Part shown: positions 38,032 to 47,599 of the stretch, in pieces | Layout: each line of letters opens with the position of its first letter | How positions within the stretch are numbered: the stretch's first letter is position 1 | DNA from: an uncultured Verrucomicrobiae bacterium | GTDB taxonomy: Bacteria; Verrucomicrobiota; Verrucomicrobiia; Limisphaerales; Palsa-1400 | NCBI GenBank assembly: GCA_963764165.1 | Contig: CAVXRD010000002.1 | Span: 1,632,001-1,696,000 of the forward strand | Length of the DNA stretch: 64,000 nt | Direction: 5' to 3' | Made by a program: the position numbers and the translations under genes | The notes under the pieces: model-generated | Database searches by the model: none | Told to the model about the DNA's origin: nothing | The model's input: the letters and a program-made list of their open reading frames with translations, nothing else

Positions 38032-39237
38032 GTGTCAAACTCCAAAGCCACGCTGCGCCTCCGAATCACGGCCACCGCGGAAACCATTGTCCGCGGGGGG
38101 CATCCGTGGGTTTTCGCGCAAAGCGTCCGCGGGCAAAACCGCGACGGGGCAACCGGCGAATTGGCGGTGATCTTTGACCGCAAGGACAAATTTCTGGCCG
38201 CCGGATTGTATGATCCTGATTCTCCCATTCGCGTCCGCATTCTTCACGCCGGAAAGCCGCGGAGCATTGACGGGGTTTTCTGGCAGGAACGCGCCGAGTC
38301 CGCGCGAGCGCGCCGCGCGAATCTCTTTTCCGCGGACACAACCGGCTACCGCGTCATCAACGGAGAAAGCGACGGCTGGCCCGGCCTGGTGCTGGATCGT
38401 TATAGCGAAACGATGGTGGCAAAATTATATACTACAGCATGGCTGCCGCGCCTGGCGGAGTTTGCGCCGTTGCTGGCCGGAGAAAATCCGCTGGTCATCC
38501 GCTTGAGCCGGAACATTCAACAATTCGCGGCCGAGCACCACCAATTGCGCGACGGTCAAGCGTGGCGGGGCCCGCCATTGACCGAACCCGTGGAATTTCT
38601 GGAAGGCGGTTTGCGCTTTGAAGCAGACGTCGCGCGGGGGCAGAAAACGGGATTCTTCCTCGACCAGCGCGAAAATCGCCGGGAAGTTCGCAATCTGGCC
38701 AAAGGGCGGCATGTGTTGAATTTGTTTAGTTTCACCGGCGGCTTCTCGCTCTGCGCCGCGGATGGCGGGGCAGCGTCCGTGTGCAGCGTGGACATCAGTG
38801 AACACGCGCTGGCTGGCGCCAGGCGAAACTTCGCGCTGAATTTGGATCGGTCTGCAATTGCGCAATGTCCGCACGAGACCATCCAGGCGGACATTTTTGA
38901 ATGGCTGGCCGCGCGCCCGCGGCGCCAATACGATTTAATCGTGGTCGACCCGCCGTCGCTGGCAAAAAAGGAACTTGAGCGGCCGGACGCGATTGGGGCT
39001 TACGGCAAACTAATCGAGGGAAGCGTCGCGCGTCTTTCCCCGCGAGGCATTCTCGTCGCCGCTTCGTGTTCCGCCCACGTTTCGGCGGATGAATTCTTCG
39101 CCACTGCTTGGGATGCAGCAAAACGAAGCGGCCGGAAATTCGCCGAGCTAAAGCGCACCGGGCACGCGCCCGATCATCCAGCAACATTCCCGGAAGCGCA
39201 GTATCTCAAATGCATCTGTCTGGAAGGGCAATCTTAG
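38032..39237 (+). CDS. RlmI/RlmK-family SAM-dependent rRNA methyltransferase (PUA plus MTase)
   Basis: [47 protein letters not shown] and ASCS. Start set to GTG 38032. Confidence 0.88.
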   Translation: MSNSKATLRLRITATAETIVRGGHPWVFAQSVRGQNRDGATGELAVIFDRKDKFLAAGLYDPDSPIRVRILHAGKPRSIDGVFWQERAESARARRANLFSADTTGYRVINGESDGWPGLVLDRYSETMVAKLYTTAWLPRLAEFAPLLAGENPLVIRLSRNIQQFAAEHHQLRDGQAWRGPPLTEPVEFLEGGLRFEADVARGQKTGFFLDQRENRREVRNLAKGRHVLNLFSFTGGFSLCAADGGAASVCSVDISEHALAGARRNFALNLDRSAIAQCPHETIQADIFEWLAARPRRQYDLIVVDPPSLAKKELERPDAIGAYGKLIEGSVARLSPRGILVAASCSAHVSADEFFATAWDAAKRSGRKFAELKRTGHAPDHPATFPEAQYLKCICLEGQS

Positions 39238-39256
39238 AAGGAAAAGGGAATATTTT

Positions 39257-39422
39257 AATCAGGAACGACCGAACTCAGGAAAAGAGGCGAACGGGAAATC
39301 GGAGTCTTCTGATCTACCGCGTCCATTTCTGCATGCCTTATATATCTGCAACCAGATTTTAGAATTCGATTCAACAACGCCATCGCCAGGGCCTCTTTTC
39401 CTGAGTTCGGTCGTTCCTGATT
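39257..39422. repeat. 32-bp perfect inverted repeat around a spacer of about 100 bp (MITE/REPIN-like)
   Basis: AATCAGGAACGACCGAACTCAGGAAAAGAGGC (39257-39288) and its exact reverse complement (39391-39422). Confidence 0.85.
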
Positions 39423-39441
39423 TAAAAACTTTTTCCCCTGG

Positions 39442-40830
39442 TTATATTTGACCTCCTAGCTGACTCGAATTCTCAGCGTCTGGCACGGGTGCGGGCGGAG
39501 CTTCGTCGGGATTTTTTGCCTCGGGCGTGCGCGTCAATGTCAGCCTCGCCACCTTTCGCTGCTGGGTTCGATCCACCCGCAATTCGTATGCGCCCAGCGT
39601 GATTTTGTCTCCCGCCTTGGGGAAGCCGCCGAGGCGCTGGGTGACCCAGCCGCTTGTTGTCGCAATCTCGTCGTCGGAAAGGTTTTGGCCAACCAATTCC
39701 GCCAGTTCGTGCAACGGCAGCGCGCCGTCAATTTCCCATTGATTCGGGCCGCGCGGCAGCAGCAACGGCTTCTCCTGGTCGAATTCGTCCTGAATTTGGC
39801 CGACCAATTCCTCAAGCACGTTTTCCAAGGTGACCATCCCAACGGTGCCGCCGTATTCATCCACCACAATTGCCAAATGAACTTTTCGATCCAAAAATAA
39901 TTGCAGCAATTTTTCGAGCCGTGTCGTTTCCGGCACGTAAATGAGTTTCCGCATGACGGATGCGAGATCCTGTCCGCGTGAAGCCTGCGCGCGCAATGCC
40001 ACCAAATCCTTGATGTGAACAACACCCATCGTTTTGTCCAAATCCCCGCCGCGGCAAAGCGGGAAGCGCGAGTAGCGGGTTTTTTCCGCGATCTCCAGGC
40101 ACTCGTTCAACGTCGCCTCCGTGTCGAAGGCCGCGATTTCCATGCGCGGCCGCATGACGTTGCGGACGACGCGGCGGCTGAGATCGAGCGCGTTGAGAAT
40201 GATCTCGTGGCCAAGCCGCGACGCGCCGGCCCGGCTTTGGTTGAGCATCACGCGCAGCTCCTCGTCCGAATGGACCGCGTTCGCAAATCCGGTCGCTTCA
40301 ATTCCGAATCGGCGCATAAGCCATTGGGCGGAGCGGTTCAGCAGCCAATTGAACGGATACGATGCGCTGTAAAACCAGTGAAGCGGCCGCGCCACAAACA
40401 GCGCCACCGGCAGCGCCGTCTGAATCGCGAACCATTTGGGCCCCAATTCGCCAAGGACAATTTGCAGAAACGTCGCGGTGGCAAAACCGATGGCAAATGC
40501 CGCTGACTTCTGCACTTGGGCGGAAGCGAGGCCGATCCAGTGCATCAGGGGCGAAATCAGATCGAGGAAAACCGGCTCCGCCAGCCAGCCGAGGCCGAGG
40601 CTCGCCATCGTGATTCCAAGTTGCGTCGCGCTGAGGTAGGCTGTCAGGTTTTGCAAAATGCGCCGGGCCATTTTCGCCCGCCGATTTCCCGAGTTGACGA
40701 GCGGATCCAATTGCGTGTCGCGCAGCTTGACGAAGGAAAACTCCGCCGCCACGAAAAAGCCGTTGACCAGCACTATGGCGAGGACGCCGAGCAAATGAAG
40801 CGCATTGGAGGCCAGTGCGTCCGTGCTCAT
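39442..40830 (-). CDS. CNNM/HlyC (DUF21-CBS-CorC) family protein
   Basis: NGFFVAAEF, QLGIT, LGELGPK, YSRFP, VVDEYGG and IVTLE-like MVTLENVLEELVGQIQDEFD, plus a CorC domain. Confidence 0.9.
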   Translation of the reverse strand: MSTDALASNALHLLGVLAIVLVNGFFVAAEFSFVKLRDTQLDPLVNSGNRRAKMARRILQNLTAYLSATQLGITMASLGLGWLAEPVFLDLISPLMHWIGLASAQVQKSAAFAIGFATATFLQIVLGELGPKWFAIQTALPVALFVARPLHWFYSASYPFNWLLNRSAQWLMRRFGIEATGFANAVHSDEELRVMLNQSRAGASRLGHEIILNALDLSRRVVRNVMRPRMEIAAFDTEATLNECLEIAEKTRYSRFPLCRGGDLDKTMGVVHIKDLVALRAQASRGQDLASVMRKLIYVPETTRLEKLLQLFLDRKVHLAIVVDEYGGTVGMVTLENVLEELVGQIQDEFDQEKPLLLPRGPNQWEIDGALPLHELAELVGQNLSDDEIATTSGWVTQRLGGFPKAGDKITLGAYELRVDRTQQRKVARLTLTRTPEAKNPDEAPPAPVPDAENSSQLGGQI

Positions 40831-41813
40831 AAATTGACCTCGCCGAAGATCACTTTCAGCACGTCCTGCAGCGTGATGATGCCCGATTCGCGGCTGTCCC
40901 GCCCCAAAACAATGGCGAGCCGCCAGCCCGTCTGCTGCATCCGGCGCAGCGCTTCCTCAACGTGCATTTCTTCCGGCAAGTAAAACGCCGGCTGCAAATA
41001 CTGCCGGGCTGGGCGCGACCAATTCACGTCGGCGGAAAAGATAATGTGGTCCAGATTGAAAATGCCGGCCACGCGCCGCGTCCGCGCGTCGAGAGCCGGC
41101 AGCCGCGTCAAATGGCGGCGCCGGCAAACCTCGATGGCCGAGGAAACCGGCTTGTCCGCTTCAGCGACGGCCGCAATCGACAGCGGCACCATGAGATGGC
41201 GCACGCGCAAATTCGGCAAGTCAAGCACACGATTAATCATCGCGCGCTCCTCGCTGGTCAGGCTGGGCGCGGCCTCCTGCATGACGAAGCGCAGCTCGTC
41301 GCGGCTCCCGAACAAGTTGCCGGTGTGCTCCTGCCCGCCTGTCAAGCGCAGCAGCCGCCGCGAAAACCAAGCCACCACCGCCACCAGCGGCGATAGCAGC
41401 CGGTGAATCAGCAGGAAGGGCGAGGCCCAAATCAGCGAAAGCCGGTTCGGATAGCGCTGGAAGAGCGATTTCGGCGCAAGCTCGCACGCAATATAAAAAA
41501 CAAAAACGCCGGCCGCGAACACGGCCGCCTCTGCCCAGGGCCGGCGCCACAGCCAATGGCGCAATTGAATCACGCCCAAACTGAAAATGACAAAATTCAC
41601 GACCGTGTTTCCCACGAGGATTGTCCAAAGGAAGTTCTCAGGATTTTGCAGAAAGTCCTGCAAAACGGCCGCGCGCTTGTCTCCGCTGCGCATGCGCTGG
41701 CGGATGCGAAAACGATTCAGCGCCAGAACTCCCGTCTCCATCCCGGAAAACAGGAACGACAGAGCGCCGCACGCGACCACGGCCATTAGGATCAGCACGT
41801 CGGTGGGGTTCAT
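40827..41813 (-). CDS. CNNM (DUF21-CBS) family protein without a CorC domain
   Basis: FSGMETG, TILVGN, CELAPK and a CBS pair ending GIITLQDVL..IFGE. Confidence 0.85.
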   Translation of the reverse strand: MNPTDVLILMAVVACGALSFLFSGMETGVLALNRFRIRQRMRSGDKRAAVLQDFLQNPENFLWTILVGNTVVNFVIFSLGVIQLRHWLWRRPWAEAAVFAAGVFVFYIACELAPKSLFQRYPNRLSLIWASPFLLIHRLLSPLVAVVAWFSRRLLRLTGGQEHTGNLFGSRDELRFVMQEAAPSLTSEERAMINRVLDLPNLRVRHLMVPLSIAAVAEADKPVSSAIEVCRRRHLTRLPALDARTRRVAGIFNLDHIIFSADVNWSRPARQYLQPAFYLPEEMHVEEALRRMQQTGWRLAIVLGRDSRESGIITLQDVLKVIFGEVNL

Positions 41814-43039
41814 CGCTTCTTGATGACCTCCACCATCAGGTCGCGAATGCGCCGTTCGTCCGCCGCCTGCACTGTCAAGCGAAGGCCGGCCACGGCGATG
41901 GATTCGCCCACGTCCGGCACCACTTCAAATTGCTGCAGGGCCAGCCCGGCCATCGTTTCGCACCCGTCGAATTCCGGGAGCTGCGGATACTCGCGCCGAA
42001 AACTGTCGAGCCGCAAACTGCCGCTGACCCGCCAGCGATTCTCGCCGAGCTTTTCCATGACCGCGCGCTCGGTGGAATGTTCGCCGCGAATTTCGCCCAG
42101 CACCTCCACCATGATGTCCTCGATGGTCACGATGCCGGCGGTGCCGCCAAATTCATCGAGCACAATGGCCAGGCCGCGTTGCTGCCGCTGCAGGCTTTTG
42201 AGCAACTGCAGAAGATTCATGCTCTCCGGGACGAACGATGGGAATTCAATGGCCATCGAAATATCCTCGTCGGGATTGAGCAAAAGCGCGCGTGTGTTCA
42301 GCACGCCAACAATAGTGTCGACAGTGTAATCATACATGGGCAGGCGGCGATGTTTGTGCTGGCGGGCGGCGGCGATCATTTCAGCGACAGGCATATCGTC
42401 AGGAATGCAGGCCATTTGCGGGCGGGCTTTCATGACGTCGCTGGCGTGGCGGCGGTCAAGGTTGATGATTTGCAAAATGATTTCCTTTTCGCCCGCCGCG
42501 AGCGCGCCCTGCTGGTAGGCCATCTCGAGCAGTTCCTGATATTCGGCGTCCGTCAACCCGGCGGCCAGCGGTGGCGGACTTGGAAACGCGCGCAGCATTA
42601 GATTCGTCAGCCCCTGCGCAACCCGCCGCAGCACGAGGGTGAGCTTTTGCAGAAACAACATGATTCCCGCGACCCGCAAGGCCCATTGTTCCGGCGCGCG
42701 AACGGCGAGCGTTTTGGGGGCAACTTCGCAGCCGAACAAAATGTAAACGAGCAGCGCCGCGAGGACGGCGGGCAGCGGCCATCCATAATTCGCCGCCAGC
42801 AGCAGCACGACGGCAACGATGCCGCCATTGGCAAAACTGTTGCCGAGCACGAGCGTGGCCAGCAAATCCTGCGGTTCGGCCAGAAGGCGTTGGATGATTT
42901 TGGCCAGGGCGGGCGCGCGTGTTTCCAATTGGCGCAATTGCCATTTGCCCAGGGAGAAGAGGGAAGTTTCGGCCAGCGCAAAGAAGAAACTTGCGCCGGA
43001 AAAAAGAACCAGAATGGCCAATGCCAGCGTCGGCGTCAT
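41810..43039 (-). CDS. CNNM/HlyC (DUF21-CBS-CorC) family protein
   Basis: FFALAETSLFSL, LVLGN, CEVAPK and VLDEFGGTAGIVTIED, plus a CorC domain. Confidence 0.88.
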   Translation of the reverse strand: MTPTLALAILVLFSGASFFFALAETSLFSLGKWQLRQLETRAPALAKIIQRLLAEPQDLLATLVLGNSFANGGIVAVVLLLAANYGWPLPAVLAALLVYILFGCEVAPKTLAVRAPEQWALRVAGIMLFLQKLTLVLRRVAQGLTNLMLRAFPSPPPLAAGLTDAEYQELLEMAYQQGALAAGEKEIILQIINLDRRHASDVMKARPQMACIPDDMPVAEMIAAARQHKHRRLPMYDYTVDTIVGVLNTRALLLNPDEDISMAIEFPSFVPESMNLLQLLKSLQRQQRGLAIVLDEFGGTAGIVTIEDIMVEVLGEIRGEHSTERAVMEKLGENRWRVSGSLRLDSFRREYPQLPEFDGCETMAGLALQQFEVVPDVGESIAVAGLRLTVQAADERRIRDLMVEVIKKR

Positions 43040-43112
43040 CGCCGCAAGATTGGGACAACCCGCGCCGATACTAAAGGCAAAAAACTCCGAATTGGGTGGG
43101 AATCCCAGATGA

Positions 43113-43152
43113 GACTCATAGGGCCTATAAGACTTATAGGACTTATAAGACT
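43113..43152. repeat. 9-bp tandem repeat (GACTTATAG-like, about 4.5 units)
   Basis: GACTCATAG GGCCTATAA GACTTATAG GACTTATAA GACT. Confidence 0.7.
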
Positions 43153-43160
43153 GGCGAAGG

Positions 43161-44060
43161 TCACGGGCGGGCCCGGGATTTTAGAGCAGAGGCAATGGTG
43201 GCGAGGGCAGCCTTGCGCTCGGCGCCAGCCAGCGTCAGCCGGGGTGGGCGGACGCGCTCGCTTCCGTGGCCCGTCTCCTGTTGCACGAGTTTGATGAGTT
43301 GCACAAATTTCGGAACGGTGTCCATTCGCAGGAGCGGCAGGAACCAATCGTAAAGAGCATTGGCTTTCTTCTTGTCACCACGCATCGCAAGTTCAAAGAT
43401 ATCCACGGATTCCCGAGGAAACGCGTTGGCCAAACCTGCGATCCATCCCGTCGCGCCGGCTTCGACGCCTTCGACAATCAAGTCGTCCACGCCGACCAGC
43501 AGCGTCAGCCGTTTGCCGCACAAGGCGCGCAAAGCCGTGACGCGGCGAACGTCCGCGCTTGATTCTTTGACGGCGTGGAGGTTGGCATTTTCCTCCGCCA
43601 ATTCCGCGACTTGCCCGGGCAAAAAGTCCGTTTTGTAGGAAACCGGATTATTATAGAGCATGCACGATAGTTTCGTCGCGCGCACGACCGCTTGAATGTG
43701 CGTCTTCATCTCACGCCAATCGGTGGAATAGACGTAAGGAGGAAGAACCATCAACCCCGCGCAGCCTGCCTTGGCAGCGGATTTCGCCAGATCAACAGCT
43801 TCCGCCGTGCTCAAGGCCGCGATGCCCGCAACCACCGGCCCGCGTCCGTCGAGCGCCTTGACGCAGGTGTCAAGTATGGCAATTTTTTCGTCAAAGCGAA
43901 GCGTGGCGCTTTCGCCCAGCGAACCCAGCGCAACGATGCCCTTGCACCCATTCTCCACCAGCCATAGCGCTTGCCGCGCCACGGCAGCGTGGTCGACGCT
44001 TAGGTCCTCTTTGAAAGCGGTGGTCATCGCCGGAAGAACGCCCTGCCATTTCATGCTCAT
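43161..44060 (-). CDS. lhpC: DapA-family aldolase/deaminase, probably Delta1-pyrroline-4-hydroxy-2-carboxylate deaminase
   Basis: MKWQGVLPAMTT, GSLGE (not the GTTGE of DapA), LYNNP and AVKESS; lies directly downstream of the Hyp epimerase and dehydrogenase genes. Confidence 0.78.
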   Translation of the reverse strand: MSMKWQGVLPAMTTAFKEDLSVDHAAVARQALWLVENGCKGIVALGSLGESATLRFDEKIAILDTCVKALDGRGPVVAGIAALSTAEAVDLAKSAAKAGCAGLMVLPPYVYSTDWREMKTHIQAVVRATKLSCMLYNNPVSYKTDFLPGQVAELAEENANLHAVKESSADVRRVTALRALCGKRLTLLVGVDDLIVEGVEAGATGWIAGLANAFPRESVDIFELAMRGDKKKANALYDWFLPLLRMDTVPKFVQLIKLVQQETGHGSERVRPPRLTLAGAERKAALATIASALKSRARP

Positions 44061-44061
44061 A

Positions 44062-45192
44062 TTAATTCGTATTGACTGTGCGGGTGGTAAAACGATTTGG
44101 GTCGTAAGGCGCGGTCGGGATTTCTGTTTTCGAACCCTGCAACAACTGCGCCAGCAACCGCCCGGTTGCGGGTGCGGTGGTGATGCCCAGGCCTTCGTGG
44201 CCTGTTGCGAGCCAGACGCGCCCGCCATCTGTCGTCCTGCCAATCAACGGAAGTTTGTCGGGAGTGGCCGCACGAAAACCGGCCCGCGAGCGATAACCGC
44301 GAAGTTCAGCGAGCGTTGGGAAAAAATCGGTGGCACGCCGGTGCATGCGTTCCAGAATGGCCGGTTCAACCTCAAGTGATTCCGAGCCAAATTGGCGCGA
44401 GGCGCCGATGATGATTTCGCCGTTCACACGCGGTTGAAGATTGCATGCCACGGAATCGCCGTCCGATTGCGCGCCAGCGGCGTAGCCTAATTCGACCACT
44501 TGATGCCGCACAAAATACGGACGCTCGCGCGTGATGATAAGATGGCCCTTGCGTCTTCGGACGGGAGCGCCGGGAGTCAGATCCAGCGACCATGGCCCGG
44601 CGGCATTGACGACGTGAGACGCTTGAAGCTGCGGACCGTCAGCGAGGAAAACAGTCCCGTCATCCAAAACCATTTTGACTTGGACGGGTGTTCGCAAGGT
44701 CGCACCCTTGATCATCGCGTGCTTCAAAAAAAATCTCGCCGCCGCCGGAGCATCCACCACCGCGTCATCGGGAACAAGCAAACCGCCCGCGAGATTGGGG
44801 CGCAGATTCGGTTCGATTTTCGATATGCCCTCACTGGTTAAGATTTCGGCGCGGATTCCGCGTGAAGAGCAGGCGCCATGCTTGCGATGCACCTCCGCCA
44901 ATTGCTCATCGTTCTCCGCGACCCATAACGTGCCACATTGATTATATTCGACATCGGCGGGCAGCGTTTCGCTGATCTCCTGCCAAAGGCGGCGCGAGAA
45001 AGAAGTCAGCGCCAGCAATGCTTCGGAATCATCCATCACCACGATATGGCCCATGCCTGCGGACGTGGTCGCTCCGGCCACCGGCCCGCGATCAAGGACA
45101 AGAGTCCTCATTCCCGCTCCAGCGCACTCGGCGGCGCAGGCTGCGCCGATGATTCCAGCGCCGACGATGATGAGATCGAACTTTTCGCTCAC
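44062..45192 (-). CDS. lhpB: FAD-dependent D-amino acid dehydrogenase, probably D-hydroxyproline dehydrogenase catalytic subunit
   Basis: GAGIIG FAD motif, AGMGHIVVMDD, GFRAATPD and GHEGLGIT; supported by gene context. Confidence 0.78.
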   Translation of the reverse strand: MSEKFDLIIVGAGIIGAACAAECAGAGMRTLVLDRGPVAGATTSAGMGHIVVMDDSEALLALTSFSRRLWQEISETLPADVEYNQCGTLWVAENDEQLAEVHRKHGACSSRGIRAEILTSEGISKIEPNLRPNLAGGLLVPDDAVVDAPAAARFFLKHAMIKGATLRTPVQVKMVLDDGTVFLADGPQLQASHVVNAAGPWSLDLTPGAPVRRRKGHLIITRERPYFVRHQVVELGYAAGAQSDGDSVACNLQPRVNGEIIIGASRQFGSESLEVEPAILERMHRRATDFFPTLAELRGYRSRAGFRAATPDKLPLIGRTTDGGRVWLATGHEGLGITTAPATGRLLAQLLQGSKTEIPTAPYDPNRFTTRTVNTN

Positions 45193-46127
45193 GAGGTGAT
45201 GCCCCAGCAGAACGGATCTTCGTCGTCCAAAATCTGGATCGATTCGGCGTTGACGAAGGCGCGGCCGGAAATGGTCGGAATGATTTTGCCGGCGGCGCGA
45301 TCAAGCCACTTGAACGAGCCGGCGAAGCGGCTGCCGATGATGCTTTCCTGCGTCCAAATCTGCCCTTCCTCAAGCGCGCCATCGGCGGCGAGGCAGGCCA
45401 TCTTCGCGCTCGTGCCGGTGCCGCACGGAGAGCGGTCGTAAGCCTTGCCGGGGCAGAGGACAAAATTGCGCGCGTTGGCCCCCGCGTTCGACGGCGGCCC
45501 GGAAAGCTCGATGTGATCGATCTCGGGGAAACCGTGCGCGTTGGCGGCCTGCCGGACGCGCCAGGAATATTCCGTAAGCGCGGCGGCATTTTGAAACGTG
45601 AGATCCTGACCGTGATTTTCCACGACGAAAAACCAGTTCCCACCCCACGCCACATCTCCCTCCACCACGCCAATGCCCTCGACGGGGACAGAGACGCTTT
45701 TGCGCGCGCGGTAGCTCGTGACATTTTCCACGGAGACATGCCCGTCCGGGTGCAATTCCGCCGTGACGCGGCCGACCGGCGTTTCGATTTGATGTTCGCC
45801 GACGCCAATTTTCCCGATGCGCGCCAGCGTCGCGACAAGGCCGATTGTCCCATGGCCGCACATGCCAAGGTAGCCGACATTGTTGAAAAAAATAACGGCC
45901 GCCGCGCACGCCGGATCGCAAGGCTCCTGCAAGAGCGCGCCGACAACTGTATCGCAGCCGCGCGGTTCGTTGACGATGGCGGAGCGAAACCGATCATGCT
46001 CCTTCTGGAATCGATCGCGCCGTTCGAATAGCGGGCCACTGCCCAAATCCGGGCCGCCCTCGACCACGACCCGTGTAGGCTCGCCTGCGGTGTGCGAATC
46101 GAAAATCTTGATGTGCCGTTCAGTCAT
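45189..46127 (-). CDS. lhpA: 4-hydroxyproline 2-epimerase (proline racemase family, Cys/Cys)
   Basis: DSHTAGEPTR, EPRG, MCGHG and DRSPCGTGTSA. Confidence 0.88.
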   Translation of the reverse strand: MTERHIKIFDSHTAGEPTRVVVEGGPDLGSGPLFERRDRFQKEHDRFRSAIVNEPRGCDTVVGALLQEPCDPACAAAVIFFNNVGYLGMCGHGTIGLVATLARIGKIGVGEHQIETPVGRVTAELHPDGHVSVENVTSYRARKSVSVPVEGIGVVEGDVAWGGNWFFVVENHGQDLTFQNAAALTEYSWRVRQAANAHGFPEIDHIELSGPPSNAGANARNFVLCPGKAYDRSPCGTGTSAKMACLAADGALEEGQIWTQESIIGSRFAGSFKWLDRAAGKIIPTISGRAFVNAESIQILDDEDPFCWGITS

Positions 46128-46130
46128 GTT

Positions 46131-47444
46131 TCATTTGCGTTTGGCCATGAGAGTTTCAATCTCGCCAGCTTCAACGGGAATGCGCTCCATCAGATCGACA
46201 TTGCCGTTGTCGGTAATTAAAACATTGTTCTCGAGGCGGACCCCGAAATCCTCCTCGGGAATATAAATTCCCGGTTCCACCGTCATCACCCATCCCGCCT
46301 GCATGGGCCGCGTTGTCAGGCCGACATCGTGGACGTCCAGCCCGAGTGGATGACCGAGGCCGTGCATGAAATATTTTTTCAGCGCGGGAGTGTCCGGATC
46401 CTGTTTCTTGATTTGCCGCGTGGTGATCAAGCCGAGATCGACCAGCTCCTTCTCCATCATTTTCTCGGCCTCAAGCTGCCAATCCTTGATTTTTTTTCCG
46501 GGGCGCAAATTCTCGGTGGACTTTCGCATGATCCCAAGGACCGCGTTGTAAACTTTCTTTTGGCGCGGCGTGAAGCGTCCGCTGACCGGAATCGTGCGCG
46601 TCATGTCCGCATTGTAATTGAGGTTGCAAGCGCCGACGTCCAGCAGCAACAGCGCGTCCTTCTTGCAGATGGCGTCATTGGAGACGTAATGGAGAACGTT
46701 GGAATTTCCGCCTGACGCGATGATCGGCTGATAGGCAAAGCGGCATTGGTGCCGGATGAATTCATGGGCGAATTCCGCCTCGATTTCCCACTCGCCGACG
46801 CCCGGCTCGACAAATTTGCAGACGCGCTCAAAGGCAGCCCCCGTCACTTCGCAAGCGCGGCGCATCAAGGCGAGTTCCGGCTCGGATTTCACCGCGCGAA
46901 GCTGGTGCATGAGCGGCGCGAGGCGGCGGAAATCGTGCAGCGGATAGCGGCGAATCGTATCGGCGACGAAGCGCGCTTCGCGGGTCTCCACTTCAATGAC
47001 CGCGCGCTTGTGCTCGTTTGTGTTCAGGAAGGCGCGCTCGCATTCGCACATGAGGCGATGGAACAGTTTCGGAAATTCCGCCAGCCAATGCACGCGGCGA
47101 ATGCCCGTCTTTTCCTGCGCTTCCGCCTTGGTGAGCTTGTGGCCTTCCCAGCGTTCGTTCTCGGGATTTCCCTCGCGCAGAAAAAGCAATTCGCGCTGCT
47201 TCTCGTCATCGGCGTCGGGATAAAGGAGGAGCATCGACTGCTCTTGTTCAATGCCTGTCAAATAAAACAAGTCCGAATTCGCCACCGCGTTGCCGGCGCC
47301 GTCGGAATTGGTGGGAGGAATGTCATTGGCGTTGAGCACGACGAGTGAATTCGGCGGAAGCATTTTCGCCAGCCGCTCGCGGTTGCCGATGAAGAGTTCC
47401 GCCGGCAGGGCCGGCACTGACAATGTTTGGGCGTTCTTGCTCAT
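46131..47444 (-). CDS. pepP: Xaa-Pro aminopeptidase (aminopeptidase P, M24B)
   Basis: AMP_N-like N-terminus (DLFYLTG), DVGA..ADMTRT, HGLGH.LGLDVHD, TVEPGIY and GVRLE. Confidence 0.9.
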   Translation of the reverse strand: MSKNAQTLSVPALPAELFIGNRERLAKMLPPNSLVVLNANDIPPTNSDGAGNAVANSDLFYLTGIEQEQSMLLLYPDADDEKQRELLFLREGNPENERWEGHKLTKAEAQEKTGIRRVHWLAEFPKLFHRLMCECERAFLNTNEHKRAVIEVETREARFVADTIRRYPLHDFRRLAPLMHQLRAVKSEPELALMRRACEVTGAAFERVCKFVEPGVGEWEIEAEFAHEFIRHQCRFAYQPIIASGGNSNVLHYVSNDAICKKDALLLLDVGACNLNYNADMTRTIPVSGRFTPRQKKVYNAVLGIMRKSTENLRPGKKIKDWQLEAEKMMEKELVDLGLITTRQIKKQDPDTPALKKYFMHGLGHPLGLDVHDVGLTTRPMQAGWVMTVEPGIYIPEEDFGVRLENNVLITDNGNVDLMERIPVEAGEIETLMAKRK

Positions 47445-47491
47445 TCGTGCAGGTTATCATGGCGAGGCAGCCCAAGGAATAAAACAAGAAA

Positions 47492-47588
47492 TTGAACAGG
47501 AGGAAGGCCAAGGACGCAGAGGTTAAAGAAAACGGCGCCGGGCAAACGGTTCGTTTCCCTCTGCGCTCTCGGTCTTCCTCCTGTTCAA
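47492..47588. repeat. Imperfect purine/pyrimidine-skewed inverted repeat (REP-like)
   Basis: TTGAACAGGAGGAAGGCCAAGGACGCAGAGG ... CCTCTGCGCTCTCGGTCTTCCTCCTGTTCAA. Confidence 0.7.
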
Positions 47589-47599
47589 AATCAAATGAT

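Noticed and set aside
43113..43152. Tandem repeats as a possible CRISPR array (also 34916-35281)
   Set aside because: The units are 9-11 bp with no unique spacers, and there are no cas genes.
43161..44060. dapA (lysine biosynthesis)
   Set aside because: The GSLGE motif and the hydroxyproline gene context favour the deaminase subfamily.
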